Below are positions 1-13,200 of a stretch of 64,000 nt of DNA, in pieces. Source of the stretch: an uncultured Pelagibacteraceae bacterium (GTDB taxonomy: Bacteria > Pseudomonadota > Alphaproteobacteria > Pelagibacterales > Pelagibacteraceae); the NCBI GenBank assembly GCA_902624315.1, contig CACNXC010000006.1, forward strand, positions 143 to 64,142, given 5' to 3'. The position numbers and the translations under genes were made by a program. Below the pieces are notes generated by a model. It made no database searches. It had not been told where the DNA came from and saw only the letters and a list, made by a program, of their open reading frames with translations. Numbering within the stretch: the stretch's first letter is position 1; the number at the start of each line of letters is the position of its first letter.

Positions 1-1696
1 GCTTTCTATCGGTAGCGCCACCACCATGAATTTTTGTTAAAACATCTTTTTTAAATCCTTTGATAGTCTCTCTAGCAATAATCTTACCTCCAATGGCTGC
101 CTGGATTGGTATCATAAAATTATGCCTTGGAATTAGTGTTTTTAATTTTTCACATACCTCTCTTCCTGTTTTCTGGGCAAAGTCCTTATGTATCATTATT
201 GCTAAGGCATCTACTGTTTCACCATTTACCAATATACTTAGTTTTACCAAATCACCCTCACGATGTTCTAATATTTCATAATCAAAACTTGCATATCCGC
301 TAGTCATTGATTTAATTCTATCATTGAAATCAAAAACAACTTCATTCAATGGTAGCTCATAACTCAAAACAGCTCTATTTCCAGAATAACTTAAATTAGT
401 TTGAACCCCTCTTTTGTCCTGACAAAGTTTGATAATTGATCCAAGATATTGGTCAGGTGTTATAATAGTTGCCTTAATCCATGGTTCTTCAATAAAATTT
501 ATCAAAGTTGGGTCAGGAAGACTCGAAGGGTTTTGTAAATCAATAATTTCTCCACTATTTAAATTAATCTTATAAACAACCCCAGGAGTTGTAGTAAGTA
601 AATTAACATCAAATTCTCTTTCTAATCTTTCTGTAATTATTTCCAAATGAAGAAGACCCAAAAATCCACATCTAAAACCTAAGCCCAAAGCAGAGGATGA
701 TTCTGGTTCAAAAGAAAAACTAGCATCATTCAATTGTAATTTTGCTAATCCGTCTTTAAGTTTTTGATATTCAGAACTATCAACTGGAAATAACCCACAA
801 AAGACAACAGGTTTACTTGGCTTAAAACCAGGTAGCGCATCTGGAATTGGTTTTGAAGCGTCGCAGATAGTGTCACCAACTTTAGTTTCTGAAAGAATCT
901 TTATTCCTGTTGTAATAAAACCTATTTCTCCAGTATTTAACTCATCTATATTTTTTGCCTTTGGAGTAAAAACTCCAACTTTTTCAACAATATAATCCTG
1001 ATTGGTAGAAAGCATTTTAATTTTCATGTTTTTAGTTAATTTACCATTAATAACTCTAACTAATATTACAACACCTAGATAAGTGTCATACCAACTGTCG
1101 ACTAACAAACATTTCAAATCTTTTTCAGAATACCCTTTTGGGCACGGTAATTTATCTATAATTTGTTCCAAAATATCATTTATACCCTCTCCTGTTTTTC
1201 CTGAGCATGGAATTGCATTTTCAGTGTCAATTCCTATGACATCCTCAATTTGTTTTTTTGTTCTATCTAGATCGGATGCGGGTAAATCAACTTTGTTTAA
1301 AACTGGAATTATTTCATGATTAATGTCTAAAGCTTGATAAACATTGGCTAGAGTTTGAGCTTCGACACCTTGAGTGCTATCAACAATCAATATTGACCCC
1401 TCACAAGCGTACAAAGATCTACTTACCTCATAACTAAAATCCACATGACCAGGGGTATCTATTATATTTAAAATATAATTTTTTCCATTTTTTGCTTTAT
1501 AGTTTAACTTTACTGTTTGTGCTTTTATTGTGATGCCTCTTTCTCTCTCTATATCCATAGAATCAAGCACTTGTGATTTCATTTCTCTCTCTGTCAAACC
1601 ACCACATTTATGAATTATTCTATCAGCTATTGTAGATTTCCCATGATCAATATGAGCAATGATTGCAAAATTTCTGATATTATCGATTGTACTCAT
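1..1696 (-). CDS. lepA: Elongation factor 4 (LepA), 3' part cut by window edge
   Basis: Absent from the ORF track because it runs off the window. The reverse complement from ATG at 1696-1694 reads [66 protein letters not shown]. This carries the translational GTPase G1 motif AHIDHGKST and a LepA-type N-terminus. I did not translate beyond this N-terminal stretch; extension to position 1 is inferred from the ORF's absence from the complete-ORF track and from LepA length. Confidence 0.9.
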   Translation of the reverse strand, partial: MSTIDNIRNFAIIAHIDHGKSTIADRIIHKCGGLTEREMKSQVLDSMDIERERGITIKAQTVKLNYKAKNGKNYILNIIDTPGHVDFSYEVSRSLYACEGSILIVDSTQGVEAQTLANVYQALDINHEIIPVLNKVDLPASDLDRTKKQIEDVIGIDTENAIPCSGKTGEGINDILEQIIDKLPCPKGYSEKDLKCLLVDSWYDTYLGVVILVRVINGKLTKNMKIKMLSTNQDYIVEKVGVFTPKAKNIDELNTGEIGFITTGIKILSETKVGDTICDASKPIPDALPGFKPSKPVVFCGLFPVDSSEYQKLKDGLAKLQLNDASFSFEPESSSALGLGFRCGFLGLLHLEIITERLEREFDVNLLTTTPGVVYKINLNSGEIIDLQNPSSLPDPTLINFIEEPWIKATIITPDQYLGSIIKLCQDKRGVQTNLSYSGNRAVLSYELPLNEVVFDFNDRIKSMTSGYASFDYEILEHREGDLVKLSILVNGETVDALAIMIHKDFAQKTGREVCEKLKTLIPRHNFMIPIQAAIGGKIIARETIKGFKKDVLTKIHGGGATDRK

Positions 1697-1703
1697 TTTA
1701 ATT

Positions 1704-4109
1704 TTAAGATCTAATTTTAGCGCCAGTTTTATTTTCCACTGCTTCTATGATTGAATTATTAATTTTTTCTAAATCCTTATCGTTCAAAGTTTTTTCTGAT
1801 GACTGTATTGTTATACTTATCGCTATAGACTTTTGGTTGTCTGGGATATTTTCGCCTTCATAAACATCAAAAACTTTTATATTGCTAATAAGATTTGGAC
1901 TCACATTAGAAATTACGCTTATTAACTCTTGTGCTTCTACATTTTTATTAACTACAAATGCAAAATCTCGCTCTGATTTTTGAAAATCTGATACAGCAAA
2001 CTTCAATTTTTGATCTTTCAATGTTTTTCTTGAGAGTTTTAAATTTTCTAAAAAAATTTCAAAACCTATTAAATTTTCAGTTTTAATATCAATTTTTTTT
2101 AAAATATTAGGATGAATTTCACCAAAATAAGCTGCAACTTTATCTTTTTTATGATCTAAGAAAATTCTACCAGACTTACCTGGATGATAATAATTGGGTG
2201 TTTTGCTATCGATAAAAAATTGATCAGAACTATAACCTACTTCGCTCAAAGTTTGCACCACATCTCTTTTTGCATCAAATAAATCAATATTTCTCTCTTT
2301 ATCGATCCAAGAAAGTCTCGATTTTTTACCGGCCGACAAACCACAAACTACTGTCTTTTGCTCACCTGGGTTTGAACCAGTAAAAACAGGACCTATCTCA
2401 AATATAGATAAATCTTTAAAGCCTCTATCCAAATTTTTACTCATATACATGATTAAATTTGAAAATATGGAATTTCTTAAAACTCCTAATTCAGAACTTA
2501 TAGGGTTTACAATTTTTATTTCTTTACCAGCTTCTCTAAAGTGATTGTTGTAACTTTGATCTGTAAATGACCATGTTATTGTCTCTAAATAACCCTTTGA
2601 AGCAATTGCTCTTTGTAAGAAATGAAATAATCTTTGAGTTTGAGTTAAAGTGGATTTAGATCTATCCTTAATTGGGGCAATTGTTTTTATTTTATCGTAA
2701 CCACTTATTCTCACCAACTCTTCAATAATATCTATTTGCTGTGAAATATCTGGTCTCCAGGAAGGAACTTTCAACTTTAAAGAATTTTTTTCTTTTTTAA
2801 CAATAAACCCAAGATCAGTCAAAATTCTTTGGATTTCCTTTTCAGAAATTTTAAATCCAACTATATTTTCAAAGGAATTTACATCAAAGTTTATAATTTT
2901 GGTTTTATAAGATTCAATTTTTTGAATATCAATTTTACTAACTTCGCCACCACAAATTTCTTGAATTAGTGATGCTGCTCTCTTTAAACCAGTTTCGATA
3001 GATAATGGGTCGATTCCTCTTTCAAATCTAAATTTTGCATCTGTATCTAAATTCAATTTTTTTGCCGTATTTCTAATTGATCTTGGATCAAAATAAGCAG
3101 ACTCTAATAAAATATTTTTTGTATCAAACTCTGTGCCTGATCTAGTGCCCCCAATAATTCCACCTAATCCTAAAACCCCTTTGTTGTCACTAATAACACA
3201 CATACCTTTTTCTAACTTGTAAATTTTATTGTCCAGTGCTGTAAATTCTTCTCCAGATTTTGAGTTTCTTACAATTATCCCTTTTTCAATTTTGTCGGCA
3301 TCATATGCATGTAATGGTCGATTAATATCAAGCATTACATAATTTGTTATATCAACAATAGCTGAAATAGGTTTTTGACCAACTGAAATTAGTTTATCTT
3401 TGAGCCATTGAGGACTCTCAATATTTTTTACATTTTTGATTAAACAACTTCCAAAAGCACTACACCCTTGTCCTTTTTCCTTTTTAATCTTAACTTTTAA
3501 AGTTTGTTTTGTTTTTGATTTAATTTGTCTCTCTTTAGGTATTATTAACTTTCCAAAACCTGAAGCGGCAAGATCTCTAGCTATTCCCTTTACACCAAGA
3601 CAATCTGGCCGATTAGGTGTAATAGATAAATCAATAAGATTAGATTTTGATTTTGAGAAATAACTTTTACCAATATTTTTTTTATATTTTTTTGATAATT
3701 CGATAATCCCATCGCTCTCATCAGATAAATTTAACTCAAACTCAGAGCAAAGCATTCCGTAAGAGGTTACACCTCTAATTTTTGCTATTTCTAATTTTGT
3801 GTTAGTCTTCGGGATAATTGCACCTGGAGGTGCATATATAGTAATAAGTCCTTCACTCGCATTGGTGGCACCACACACAACTTTTTTAAGCTCTTTCTCA
3901 CCAACATTTACGTCACAAACTTTAAGTCGATCTGCGTTTGGATGTTTTTCTGTCTTGATAATTTTTGCAACTTTAAATAGTTGATTATCAGATGAAAGAC
4001 TTTGCACACTTTCCACCTCTAGCCCTATATTGGTAAGTTGTTCTAAAAGATTTTTTTCTTTCAGATTAGTTTTTAAATGATCTTTTAACCAATCAAATGT
4101 GATTTTCAT
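1704..4109 (-). CDS. pheT: Phenylalanine--tRNA ligase beta subunit
   Basis: 801-aa ORF with an N-terminal tRNA-binding OB domain ([22 protein letters not shown]), B3/4 and B5 domains and a C-terminal FDX-ACB-like domain. It overlaps pheS by 4 nt. Confidence 0.95.
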   Translation of the reverse strand: MKITFDWLKDHLKTNLKEKNLLEQLTNIGLEVESVQSLSSDNQLFKVAKIIKTEKHPNADRLKVCDVNVGEKELKKVVCGATNASEGLITIYAPPGAIIPKTNTKLEIAKIRGVTSYGMLCSEFELNLSDESDGIIELSKKYKKNIGKSYFSKSKSNLIDLSITPNRPDCLGVKGIARDLAASGFGKLIIPKERQIKSKTKQTLKVKIKKEKGQGCSAFGSCLIKNVKNIESPQWLKDKLISVGQKPISAIVDITNYVMLDINRPLHAYDADKIEKGIIVRNSKSGEEFTALDNKIYKLEKGMCVISDNKGVLGLGGIIGGTRSGTEFDTKNILLESAYFDPRSIRNTAKKLNLDTDAKFRFERGIDPLSIETGLKRAASLIQEICGGEVSKIDIQKIESYKTKIINFDVNSFENIVGFKISEKEIQRILTDLGFIVKKEKNSLKLKVPSWRPDISQQIDIIEELVRISGYDKIKTIAPIKDRSKSTLTQTQRLFHFLQRAIASKGYLETITWSFTDQSYNNHFREAGKEIKIVNPISSELGVLRNSIFSNLIMYMSKNLDRGFKDLSIFEIGPVFTGSNPGEQKTVVCGLSAGKKSRLSWIDKERNIDLFDAKRDVVQTLSEVGYSSDQFFIDSKTPNYYHPGKSGRIFLDHKKDKVAAYFGEIHPNILKKIDIKTENLIGFEIFLENLKLSRKTLKDQKLKFAVSDFQKSERDFAFVVNKNVEAQELISVISNVSPNLISNIKVFDVYEGENIPDNQKSIAISITIQSSEKTLNDKDLEKINNSIIEAVENKTGAKIRS

Positions 4110-5173
4110 CTACTTAGACCTCTATAGTTCGTAGGTACGTCTAAAGGATCAAATCCAAAATGGTTTAACCATCTATAATCACAATCAAAGAAAGCTCTAA
4201 GATCATTAATTCCATATTTCAACATCGCTAATCTATCAATTCCTATTCCAAACGCATAACCTTGAAACTTGGTTGGATCAACTTTAACATTTTTTAAAAC
4301 ATTTGGATGAACCATCCCACAACCTAGTATTTCTAGCCACTGATCACCTTCCCCTATAATAATTTTTCCATCTTTGATTTCATATCCAATATCAACTTCG
4401 GCAGATGGTTCTGTGAAAGGAAAATGACTTGGCCTAAATCTCATCTTTATTTTTTTAACTTCAAAAAATTCTTTGATAAAATAATTCAAACAACCTTTTA
4501 AGTGACCCATATTTATGTTTTTGTCTATATGAAGACCTTCAACTTGGTGAAACATTGGTGAATGTGTTTGGTCACTATCTGATCTGTATGTTCTGCCAGG
4601 TGCAATTATTTTAAAAGGTGGTTTGTCTTTTAACATTGTTCTGATTTGAACAGGGGACGTGTGAGTACGTAATAATTTTTTTTTTTTATCATCAAGATAA
4701 AATGTATCATGCATATCTCTTGCTGGATGATTGTCTGGAGTATTTAAAGCAGTAAAATTATTATATTCATTTTCAACATCTGGTCCTTCCTCTACACTAA
4801 AGCCTATTTCAGAAAATATAGAGGATATTTCATCAATTGTTTGTGATACAGGATGAATTTTACCTCTTACAAATGATCGCTCTGGTAAAGTAACATCAAT
4901 CTTTTCTTTTTCCAATTTTTCATTAATATTTGCTTTTTCTATTTCGTTTATTTTTAAATTTATAAGATCTTGAAGTTCATCCTTAATTATATTCAAATCA
5001 GATGCGAATTTTTTTCTTTCTGAGACGTCAATAGTACCTATTTTTTTAAATTGAGATGAGACCAACCCATTTTTACCAAATAGATCAGATTTAATTTGAT
5101 TAAGTTCTGCTAGATCTAATTTACCTTTTAATTTTAAAATGAATTCATCTCTTATTTTTTTTAGATCAGACAT
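4106..5173 (-). CDS. pheS: Phenylalanine--tRNA ligase alpha subunit
   Basis: 355-aa ORF with class II aaRS motifs ([28 protein letters not shown]). It lies in the canonical position after rplT. Confidence 0.95.
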   Translation of the reverse strand: MSDLKKIRDEFILKLKGKLDLAELNQIKSDLFGKNGLVSSQFKKIGTIDVSERKKFASDLNIIKDELQDLINLKINEIEKANINEKLEKEKIDVTLPERSFVRGKIHPVSQTIDEISSIFSEIGFSVEEGPDVENEYNNFTALNTPDNHPARDMHDTFYLDDKKKKLLRTHTSPVQIRTMLKDKPPFKIIAPGRTYRSDSDQTHSPMFHQVEGLHIDKNINMGHLKGCLNYFIKEFFEVKKIKMRFRPSHFPFTEPSAEVDIGYEIKDGKIIIGEGDQWLEILGCGMVHPNVLKNVKVDPTKFQGYAFGIGIDRLAMLKYGINDLRAFFDCDYRWLNHFGFDPLDVPTNYRGLSR

Positions 5174-5216
5174 TTTTACAGATTATTTCTTCAGCGAAAT
5201 AAAACAATAGTGAAGA

Positions 5217-5573
5217 TTAATTTAAAGCAGATTGTGCTTTTTGGACAATAGTTCTAAAGGCTTCTGGGCTATCATAGGCTATCTCAGCTAAAATTTTTCT
5301 ATCAATTTTAATTCCACATTTATTTAAACCATAAATAAACTTGGAATATGTCAAACCTTCAGCTCTCACACCCGCATTGATTCTTTGTATCCATAAGGAT
5401 TTGAAATCTCTTTTCTTATTTCTTCGATCTCTGTATGCATATTGCATAGCTTTTTCCATAGCTTGCTTTGCAACTCTAATAGTATTTTTTCTTCTTCCCC
5501 ACTGACCTTTTACAGCTTTTAAAACTTTTTTATGTTTAGCTCTACTTGTTACACCTCTTTTAACTCTTGCCAT
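5217..5573 (-). CDS. rplT: 50S ribosomal protein L20
   Basis: 118 aa starting [19 protein letters not shown]. It sits in the infC-rpmI-rplT context. Confidence 0.95.
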   Translation of the reverse strand: MARVKRGVTSRAKHKKVLKAVKGQWGRRKNTIRVAKQAMEKAMQYAYRDRRNKKRDFKSLWIQRINAGVRAEGLTYSKFIYGLNKCGIKIDRKILAEIAYDSPEAFRTIVQKAQSALN

Positions 5574-5574
5574 T

Positions 5575-5781
5575 TTAACCCCTTAAGCTGTAAGGCATAT
5601 ACGATTTAACAATTTTACCATCTTGTTTTGACATCGCAGTTGTGCCCCTAAGTTTTCTTATTTGAGAATTAGTTCTTTTTATCATGCCGTGCCTCTTTCC
5701 AGCTTGGGCCATCATAACTTTCCCTCTAGCTGAAATTTTAAATCTTTTTTTTGCTGAGCTTTTTGTTTTTAATTTTGGCAT
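5575..5781 (-). CDS. rpmI: 50S ribosomal protein L35
   Basis: 68 aa starting [15 protein letters not shown], the typical L35 N-terminus. Confidence 0.93.
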   Translation of the reverse strand: MPKLKTKSSAKKRFKISARGKVMMAQAGKRHGMIKRTNSQIRKLRGTTAMSKQDGKIVKSYMPYSLRG

Positions 5782-5834
5782 AATTGGACGAGGTTATACA
5801 AAGAATGTAGAAAATTTACAACCTATATTAAAGC

Positions 5835-6380
5835 CTATAAAGGTTGAATTACCATAATCATTTGCTTTCCATCAAACTTGGGGTGCAATTCAACTTTACC
5901 AATATCTTTCATATCCTCTTTAATTTTGGCCATCAATTCATTACCTAAATGAGAGTGTTGAAGTTCACGTCCTTTAAATCTAATGGTAAACTTTACCTTG
6001 TCACCTTTAGCAATAAATTTTTTAGCATTTTTTACTTTAAATTCATAATCATGCGTTTCAGTTACTGGTCTCATTTTAATTTCTTTTAAAGCAATTATTT
6101 TTTGTTTCTTTTTTGCAAGGTTTGCTTTTTTTTGGGCATCATATTTATATTTTCCCATGTCCATAATTTTACAAACTGGAGGATTGGCATTTGGGGCAAT
6201 TTCGATTAAATCCAAACCTTGATTTTTTGCCATTGAGATTGCCTCATTAGTATTTAAAACACCTAAGTTTTCGCCATTACTTGCGATAACTTGAACTTCG
6301 GGTGAGGAAATTCTGTTATTTGATCGAGGACCACGATCCTTGGTTCTTCTTTGAAAATAGTTTTGCTTAAAATCTGCCAC
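5835..6380 (-). CDS. infC: Translation initiation factor IF-3
   Basis: IF3 N- and C-domains are present (LIEIAPNANPPVCKIMDMGKYKYD...). The ORF as drawn starts with GTG (6380-6378) immediately after the thrS stop. There is no in-frame ATG nearby, which is consistent with the non-AUG start known for infC. The exact start is uncertain. Confidence 0.9.
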   Translation of the reverse strand: MADFKQNYFQRRTKDRGPRSNNRISSPEVQVIASNGENLGVLNTNEAISMAKNQGLDLIEIAPNANPPVCKIMDMGKYKYDAQKKANLAKKKQKIIALKEIKMRPVTETHDYEFKVKNAKKFIAKGDKVKFTIRFKGRELQHSHLGNELMAKIKEDMKDIGKVELHPKFDGKQMIMVIQPL

Positions 6381-8300
6381 TTAAATATTTGAAGGTGCTT
6401 TATTTAAAGCAGAAAATTTTTTTAGAAATGAGTTTAGTTCCATATTTTCTTGTTTATTTGAATCCAATCTTCTAATGGTTACTGAGTTACTGTCAACTTC
6501 TTTTTTACCACAAATTATTAAAAGAGGTATTTTTGCTAATGAATGATCTCTTATTTTATAATTTAAATTATGATTTTTTAAATCAACCATCGATGTAATA
6601 CCAGCTTCTCTTATCTTAGTGGAAACTTTTTTTGCGTATTCTTCGAAGTCTTCGGAAATAGGTATTACAACTGTTTGTAACGGAGATATCCAAAATGGAA
6701 ATTTTCCAGCATAGTTCTCAATCAGAATACCTATAAATCTCTCGAGTGATCCAAATAATGCACGATGTAACATTACAGGAACTTTCTTAGTGCCATCTTT
6801 ATCTACATATGATGCGTCTAATCTACCTGGTAAATTTAAATCAACTTGGACAGTTCCACATTGCCAATCTCTTCCTATTGCATCTCTTAAAACAAACTCT
6901 ATTTTTGGACCGTAAAATGCTCCCTCACCTTTATTTATACTATACTCAAGTTTAGATGCTTTGACTGCCTTTAACAAAGATGCTTCAGCCTTGTCCCAAA
7001 TTTCATCCTCACCAACTCTTACCGCTGGCCTATCAGCATATTTAAGAATTACATTTTCGAAACCTAAATCTTTATAAATTTCTAATATCAAATTTGTAAC
7101 ATTTAAACATTCACTTGTGATTTGATCTTCGGAGCAAAAAATATGAGCATCATCTTGAGTGAATGCTCTTACTCTTAATAACCCATGTAAAGCACCAGAT
7201 GGTTCATATCTATGAACTTTTCCAAACTCGGTAATTCTTAGAGGTAAATCTCGATAACTTTTAAGACCTTGATTAAAAACTTGTATGTGTCCAGGGCAAT
7301 TCATTGGTTTAATTGCAAAAACTTTTTCATCAGGAGTTTCTGAGGTATACATGTTTTCTCCATATTTTTCCCAATGACCAGATTTTTCCCACAATAATCT
7401 GTCTAAAACCTCTGGCGTATTTACCTCTTTATATCCAGCTAAGTCCTGTTTAGCTCTCATGTAATTAATCAATTTTTGAAATAGCGCCCATCCTTTTTCA
7501 TGCCAAAAAACAGAACCTGGACTTTCCTCTCTAAAGTGGAAGAGATCCATTTCTTTACCCAATTTTCTGTGATCCCTTTTTTCTGCTTCTTCAATTCTTT
7601 TCAAATAATCGTCTAGATCTTTTTGTGAAGCCCATCCAGTTCCATAAATTCTTTGAAGCATCTCATTTTTTGAGTCTCCCCGCCAATAAGCACCTGCTAC
7701 TTTTGTGAGTTTAAAATATTTTCCAATTCGTCCAGTTGATAAAAGATGGGGGCCCCTGCATAAGTCATACCATTCACCATGGTAATAAATAGAAACCTCA
7801 TTGTCCTCTGGTATCATATCAACAAGTTCTACTTTATATTTTTCACCAAGTGCTGAATAATGTTTTTTTGTTTTTTCTCTTTCCCAAACCTCTCTCCTGG
7901 TCTTTTCATCTTTTTCAATTATCTCTTTCATCCTAATTTCAATTTTTTCAAGATCATTAGGTGTAAATGGCTCCTCCCTCGAAAAATCATAATAGAACCC
8001 ATCTTTAATTGCTGGCCCGATTGCTAACTTTGTTCCTGGAAACAATTCTTGAACTGCCATTGCCATGATATGTGTAGTGTCATGCCTTATTGCATCAAGT
8101 CCCTCAGGATCTTTTGCTGTGAAAATTTTAACTGAGCAATCATCTTTAATTTGAAAATATAAATCTTTTAATTCTCCATCTACACTCATTATCAAGGCTT
8201 GTTTAAATAGAGATTTGCTGATTTTTTCAGCAATCTCTAATCCAGTCACTTCTTTTGGAAAGCTTAATTTTTTTCCATCTGGTAAGGTAATTTTTGGCAT
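6381..8300 (-). CDS. thrS: Threonine--tRNA ligase
   Basis: 639 aa with a TGS domain, the editing-domain HxxxH region (RHDTTHIMAMAV), a class II core (HRALFGSLERFIGILIE) and an anticodon-binding domain. Confidence 0.95.
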   Translation of the reverse strand: MPKITLPDGKKLSFPKEVTGLEIAEKISKSLFKQALIMSVDGELKDLYFQIKDDCSVKIFTAKDPEGLDAIRHDTTHIMAMAVQELFPGTKLAIGPAIKDGFYYDFSREEPFTPNDLEKIEIRMKEIIEKDEKTRREVWEREKTKKHYSALGEKYKVELVDMIPEDNEVSIYYHGEWYDLCRGPHLLSTGRIGKYFKLTKVAGAYWRGDSKNEMLQRIYGTGWASQKDLDDYLKRIEEAEKRDHRKLGKEMDLFHFREESPGSVFWHEKGWALFQKLINYMRAKQDLAGYKEVNTPEVLDRLLWEKSGHWEKYGENMYTSETPDEKVFAIKPMNCPGHIQVFNQGLKSYRDLPLRITEFGKVHRYEPSGALHGLLRVRAFTQDDAHIFCSEDQITSECLNVTNLILEIYKDLGFENVILKYADRPAVRVGEDEIWDKAEASLLKAVKASKLEYSINKGEGAFYGPKIEFVLRDAIGRDWQCGTVQVDLNLPGRLDASYVDKDGTKKVPVMLHRALFGSLERFIGILIENYAGKFPFWISPLQTVVIPISEDFEEYAKKVSTKIREAGITSMVDLKNHNLNYKIRDHSLAKIPLLIICGKKEVDSNSVTIRRLDSNKQENMELNSFLKKFSALNKAPSNI

Positions 8301-9455
8301 TTAATTAATTAGTCTCTTATACTCTGAATAAGTAGAAAAACACATTTTTTCAACATTAAATTTTTTTATGATATTTTTTCTTCCCTCTTTTCCCATTAAC
8401 TCCAAAGAACTTTCATCCATGGTCATTGCCTGAATAATTTTTTTACTTAAAGCGCCTGGGTCTCCAGACTCAAATAAGAATCCAGTTTTTTCATTTATAA
8501 TTGTCTCGTTCGATCCACCAATGTTACTAGCAATAATGACTTTTTCCATTGATTGCGCTTCTACTGCTACTCTTCCAAAAGCCTCGGGTTCTATTGAGGC
8601 TGAAACTACAATATCAGAAATATTGTAAGCTAGTGCCATATCTTTACAATGATCTACAAATTTTATTTGATTTTTTAAATTATATTTTTCAGTCAAATTA
8701 ATTAACTTTTTTTTATACATATCTCTTCCTTGATCACTTCCTAATATTACAACATGAAATGCTTCATAACCTAATTCAATTTTAACTAAGTTTAGAGCCT
8801 CAATAAATAATTCTTGTCCTTTCCACGAAGTAAGCCGTCCTGGCATTAGAATTATCTTTTTTTTATTATTTATATGCCATTCCTCTAAAAGTTTGTTTTC
8901 ATCAGTCTCTAGTTTGGTTGTGGGATCAAAATAATCTACATTTATACCCCTGAATATAACTAAAAATTTTTTTTTAGAATTTAAGAATTCTGGGTAATTT
9001 TCTTGTATGTGTGAAAAAATAAAATTAGATCCAGCTATTACTAAGTCTGACCTTACCATCACTGAGTTATAAAATTTCTTTAATTTACCTCTAAAATTAT
9101 AGGTCCCATGAAATGTAGTAACAAACTTTCTTCTAGTAATTTTCGTAGCAAATAAACAAGACCAAGCTGGTGCTCTACTTCTCGCGTGCACTATGGAAAT
9201 ATTGAAAACTAAAATTATTCCCACTAAAATAATAGAATTCATTAAAATCATTAAGGGATTTTTGCTATGAACAGGTAACCTAATTAATTTTACTTTTTTT
9301 CTATCAATAAATTTTGTTAATTCACCACCACTAGTTACAATAAATGATTTACAATTATTTTCGGGTAAGAAATGTGCAATATCATAACAACCCGTTTCTG
9401 CTCCACCATAACCTAATTTTGGGATTACCTGCAAAACATTTATATTAGATGACAT
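8301..9455 (-). CDS. Glycosyltransferase, GT4 (group 1) family
   Basis: 384 aa with a GT-B fold signature and an E-x7-E region (EPEAFGRVAVEAQSMEKVIIASNIGG). Its stop codon abuts the thrS start codon (8300/8301). Confidence 0.8.
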   Translation of the reverse strand: MSSNINVLQVIPKLGYGGAETGCYDIAHFLPENNCKSFIVTSGGELTKFIDRKKVKLIRLPVHSKNPLMILMNSIILVGIILVFNISIVHARSRAPAWSCLFATKITRRKFVTTFHGTYNFRGKLKKFYNSVMVRSDLVIAGSNFIFSHIQENYPEFLNSKKKFLVIFRGINVDYFDPTTKLETDENKLLEEWHINNKKKIILMPGRLTSWKGQELFIEALNLVKIELGYEAFHVVILGSDQGRDMYKKKLINLTEKYNLKNQIKFVDHCKDMALAYNISDIVVSASIEPEAFGRVAVEAQSMEKVIIASNIGGSNETIINEKTGFLFESGDPGALSKKIIQAMTMDESSLELMGKEGRKNIIKKFNVEKMCFSTYSEYKRLIN

Positions 9456-9497
9456 TTGATATATTTATATAATAATAGGTAAAACTAATAAACTTTT

Positions 9498-10244
9498 ATG
9501 ACAAACTTTAGCTATTTTAAGATTTCTTATAGTCACAAAATTAGATATCTAAAACTTTATCAAAAAAAAGCGACATACATCGTTTTTTTGCATGGTTTTA
9601 AGTCGGATTTAGAGGGAAAAAAACCCCGAACATTTTATAAATTTGCAAAAAAAAATAAGCTAGGTTTTCTTGCTCTAGAATATTCAGGTCATGGTAAATC
9701 AACTGGAAAATTTATTAATGGTAATATTTCAAAATGGACTAGAGATACAACCCTTATGATCAAAAAAATTGTAAAAAAAAATAATATGATATTAATTGGA
9801 TCAAGTATGGGTGCCTGGATATCTTTAAATCAATTTAAATTTTTTAAAAATCAAATAAAAGGATTTTTGGGGATAGGATCAGCACCAGAATTTCTTGAAA
9901 AACTTATGTGGAATAAATTTTCCAAAAAAATGAAAATTGATATCAAAAAAAATGGTATCATCAATCTTAAGCATGGTAATTATGAATATCCAATCGCTTA
10001 TCAATTAATTAAAGATGGAAGAAAAAATAAAATCTTAAATAAAAAAATTAATCATAATATTCCTATAACTATGGTTCATGGAAAAAATGATAAATCTGTT
10101 CCTTTGGTTTTCTCTAAAAATATTCTTAAAATTTTTAAAAGCAAAAAAAAGAAATTGGTTGTTGTAAAAAATGGCGATCATAGTTTGTCTTCACCAAAAT
10201 GGTTGAGTTTATTGACAAGAGAACTTAAATTAATTCTCAACTAA
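9498..10244 (+). CDS. Alpha/beta-fold hydrolase
   Basis: 248 aa with an HG oxyanion motif (VFLHGFKSD), a nucleophile elbow GSSMGA, and a C-terminal D/H (GKNDKSVP ... NGDHSL). Its 3' end overlaps the convergent gltB by 8 nt. Confidence 0.75.
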   Translation: MTNFSYFKISYSHKIRYLKLYQKKATYIVFLHGFKSDLEGKKPRTFYKFAKKNKLGFLALEYSGHGKSTGKFINGNISKWTRDTTLMIKKIVKKNNMILIGSSMGAWISLNQFKFFKNQIKGFLGIGSAPEFLEKLMWNKFSKKMKIDIKKNGIINLKHGNYEYPIAYQLIKDGRKNKILNKKINHNIPITMVHGKNDKSVPLVFSKNILKIFKSKKKKLVVVKNGDHSLSSPKWLSLLTRELKLILN

Positions 10245-13200
10245 CTTTTTGAACTTTTGTTTTTAATGTAATTGGATTTTTAAGTTTATTAATCATTTCT
10301 TTAGGACAAACTTGAATAAAATGTTGTAATTCATTATCAAAATTATCAATGATTTTTTTAGATAAATAAGACCCAGTTTCTATACTATGCTCTGTGATTA
10401 ACTCTTTTAAAAATTTTATCCAATGCTCTGTCTCTATATTTTGCCATACAACAGAGTCTTGATTGACTTTTTTTTCAAATTCCTTTGACTTATCATATAT
10501 AAAAGCCATACCTCCAGTCATACCAGCTGCGAAGTTGTCTCCAACATCTCCAAGTATTACTACTGTTCCACCAGTCATATATTCACAACCATTTGAGTCA
10601 CAACCCTCTACAACTGTCGTTGCACCAGAGTTTCTGACAGCGAATCTGTCTCCTGCTTGACCAGCGGCAAAAAGTTTACCAGATGTTGCGCCATAAAGAA
10701 CCGTATTTCCAATTATTGTATTCTCATTTGAAGTCAAGTTACTCTCATCCGCAAGTTTAATTGAAATTGTTGCTCCTGATAAACCTTTTCCTACGTAATC
10801 ATTAGCATCACCCTTTAAATTTAATTTTAATCCTTTTGCTGTAAATGCTCCAAAAGATTGACCTGCCGAACCTTTAAAACTTAAAGTTAAAAAATTTTCC
10901 TCTAATTTTTCATAACCATATTTTTTATATAAATGATGAGAAATTCTTGTACCAACAGCTCTATTTGTATTTTTAATTGAAAATTCATTTTCAATTTTCT
11001 TTGAGTTGTCTAAGGCTTTTTCTATTTGGGGCCAAATCTCTTGATCTAATGTATCAGGGACTTTATTGATCTCTGATTTTTCACAATATCTTTTATTATT
11101 GCCTGGATCTGCTTGTACAAATAAAGGATTTAAATCGAGATCATCAAGATTAGGTGAGGCTTTGCTTACTTGCATTAATAAATCTGTTCGACCGATTATT
11201 TCATTTAATGATCTAAAACCAAGTTCAGCTAAAATTTCTCTTACCTCTGTTGCAATGAATGTAAATAAATTCACAATTTTATCAGGGGTTCCTGTAAATT
11301 TTTCTCTAAGCTTCTCGTCTTGAGTACATACTCCCACTGGACAAGTATTTGAATGACATTGTCTAACCATTATGCAACCCATTGCTACTAGTGCTGTAGT
11401 CGCTACACCATATTCTTCAGCACCCATCATAGCTGCAATGACGACATCCCTTCCTGTTTTGATGCCACCATCAGTTCTTAATGTTACTTTGTGTCTTAAG
11501 TTATTTAATGTCAAAACTTGATTTGCTTCAGTTAGACCCATTTCCCATGGTATACCAACATATTTCACACTTGTTTGCGGTGTTGCCCCTGTTCCACCAT
11601 TATGTCCAGAAATTAATATTATATCAGCCTCTGCTTTTGCTACACCCGCTGCTATAGTTCCAACACCTGATGATGCAACCAACTTAACACCTATACGTGC
11701 TTTAGGATTAACTTGCTTTAAATCATAAATCAGCTGTGCTAAATCCTCAATGGAATAAATATCGTGATGTGGAGGAGGTGAAATTAATGTTACGCCGGGT
11801 GTTGAATGTCTTAATTTTGCAATTTCCTTTGTAACTTTAAAACCAGGCAACTGACCGCCCTCACCAGGTTTTGCACCTTGGGCTATTTTTATTTCAATCT
11901 CGTTACAATTATTTAAATAATTAATTGTTACTCCAAATCTAGCAGATGCTATCTGTTTAACTCTTGAATTAGCACTATCACCATTTTCCATTATTTTAAA
12001 TCTCTCTTCGGCCTCTCCACCTTCACCACTGCAAGATGCTCCTTTAATTCTATTCATGCCCATTGCTAGTGTTTCGTGAGCTTCTTTAGATAACGCTCCA
12101 TGAGACATGCTTCCGCTGCCAAATCTTTTTAATATATTTTGTATTGGCTCTACATCTTTTAAATCAATCGAGGGACCTAGCTTCTTTTTTCTAAAATCGA
12201 TTAAATCTCTTAAATTTATTGGCGGTAAATTATAAATCCCTTCAGCATATTTTTTATATGCATTATAAGAATTTGTTCCAACAGCACTTTGTAATAAATG
12301 AATTAATCTTCCTTGATATTGATGCGTTTCTCCATTTTTCCTGTATCTATATATACCACCAATAGGAAGAACTGTTTCTGAACTCTCAAAAGCCTCTTTA
12401 TGTATCTGCCTAATCTTTTTTTCTATTCCACTAAGACCAATTCCAGAAATTTTAGATACAACTCCAGGAAAATAATCATTTACAATTGATCTACTTAAGC
12501 CAACAGTTTCAAAATTACAACCACCTCTATAGGAACTTAAAACCGAGATACCCATTTTCGACATTATTTTTAATAACCCAGCATTTACGGATTTAATGTA
12601 TCTTTCAACACAATCATCAAAACTATATTGTCCAAATAATTTTTTTTCATGCCTGTTATACAAGCTATCAAAAGCCAGATATGGATTAACCGTTGTTGCT
12701 CCTACACCAATTAATGTAGCAAAAGAATGAGTATCTAGAGCTTCACCAGACTGGACATTAATAGAGACATAACCTCTTAACTTTTTATTTATTAAATACG
12801 TATTTATTGCCCCAACACACAAAAGCATCGGAACTGGCAATCTATCTTCTGACAAGTTTTTATCACTCAGAATTAATTGTGTAACACCTTGTCTTACAGC
12901 TATTTCTGCTTCTTTCTCAATTTTCTTTATTGCTAATAATAAGTTTTCTTGTTTGGTAAAAGTACAATCTATCAATAAAGAATTTTTTCCAAAAAAATTT
13001 ATAAACTTATTAAATTGAGAATTTGATAAAATTGGACTATTTAATACGTATATATTTTCTTTAGTAAGTGTGTCGAAATCTAATATATTGCCTAGATTTC
13101 CAAAACGTGTTTTTAGACTCATTACTTTGTTTTCTCTAAGTGAGTCAATTGGAGGATTAGTAACTTGACTAAAATTTTGCCTAAAAAAATGATAAAGAGG

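Noticed and set aside
60-1319. Plus-strand track ORFs 60-281 and 1083-1319
   Set aside because: They lie antisense inside the clearly recognisable lepA coding region and have low-complexity, non-homologous-looking sequences. They are shadow ORFs.
3436-3984. Track ORFs antisense within pheT. Similar short antisense ORFs lie within gltB, gltD, aceE, aceF, katG, pnp, infB, fabA/fabB, the helicase, lysA, ubiB, metK and others.
   Set aside because: All are nested antisense in long ORFs with strong family signatures, and none has start or stop context of its own.
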